Source: Alphaproteobacteria bacterium
GTDB lineage: Bacteria > Pseudomonadota > Alphaproteobacteria > SP197
Length of the DNA: 64,000 bases
Assembly (NCBI GenBank): GCA_964291265.2
Contig: OZ219747.1
Coordinates: 1,696,001 to 1,760,000 of the forward strand
Reading direction: 5' to 3'
Shown: piece after piece, positions 63,961 to 64,000 of the stretch
Position numbering within the stretch: the first letter of the stretch is position 1
Layout of the letters: each line of letters begins with the position of its first letter
Position numbers and translations under genes: made by a program
The notes under the pieces: model-generated
Databases searched by the model: none
What the model was told of the DNA's origin: nothing
The model's input: only the letters and a program-made list of their open reading frames with translations

Positions 63961-64000
63961 CGTCTGCGTGGGAGCCGGGGCAAGGGCATGCGAGCCAGCT

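Overview
GC-rich alphaproteobacterial chromosome (DUF2948-murA-tRNA-Thr, nrdJ, panC-panB core block at about 34.9-47.3 kb) flanked by two accessory regions. Left (1 to about 34.8 kb): an integrative/mobilisable defence island with two tandem Arm-type tyrosine integrases, a complete class I DISARM operon (drmD-drmMI-drmA-drmB-drmC), an IS630 relic, an IS4/IS50-type element whose transposase is fused to a DUF4338 (DruA/Mom-like) domain, two adjacent RX4H HEPN-like genes, and a giant MOBF relaxase converging on three RHH genes. Right (about 47.3-64 kb): a decayed second DUF4338-IS4, a second RHH-triplet/giant MOBF relaxase module and a DUF1173-like nuclease. The most unusual item is a 5.3-kb IS21-family transposon present twice (6036-11361, with a 5-bp ATCGC target duplication that splits the left relaxase; 49644-54964). 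Inside its inverted repeats it carries a Zn-finger gene, istA, istB, a TOPRIM primase-like gene coupled to istB, a small basic protein and iteron-like 13-bp repeats, so it is a candidate primase-encoding transposon. All calls come from manual motif reading; no database searches were run.
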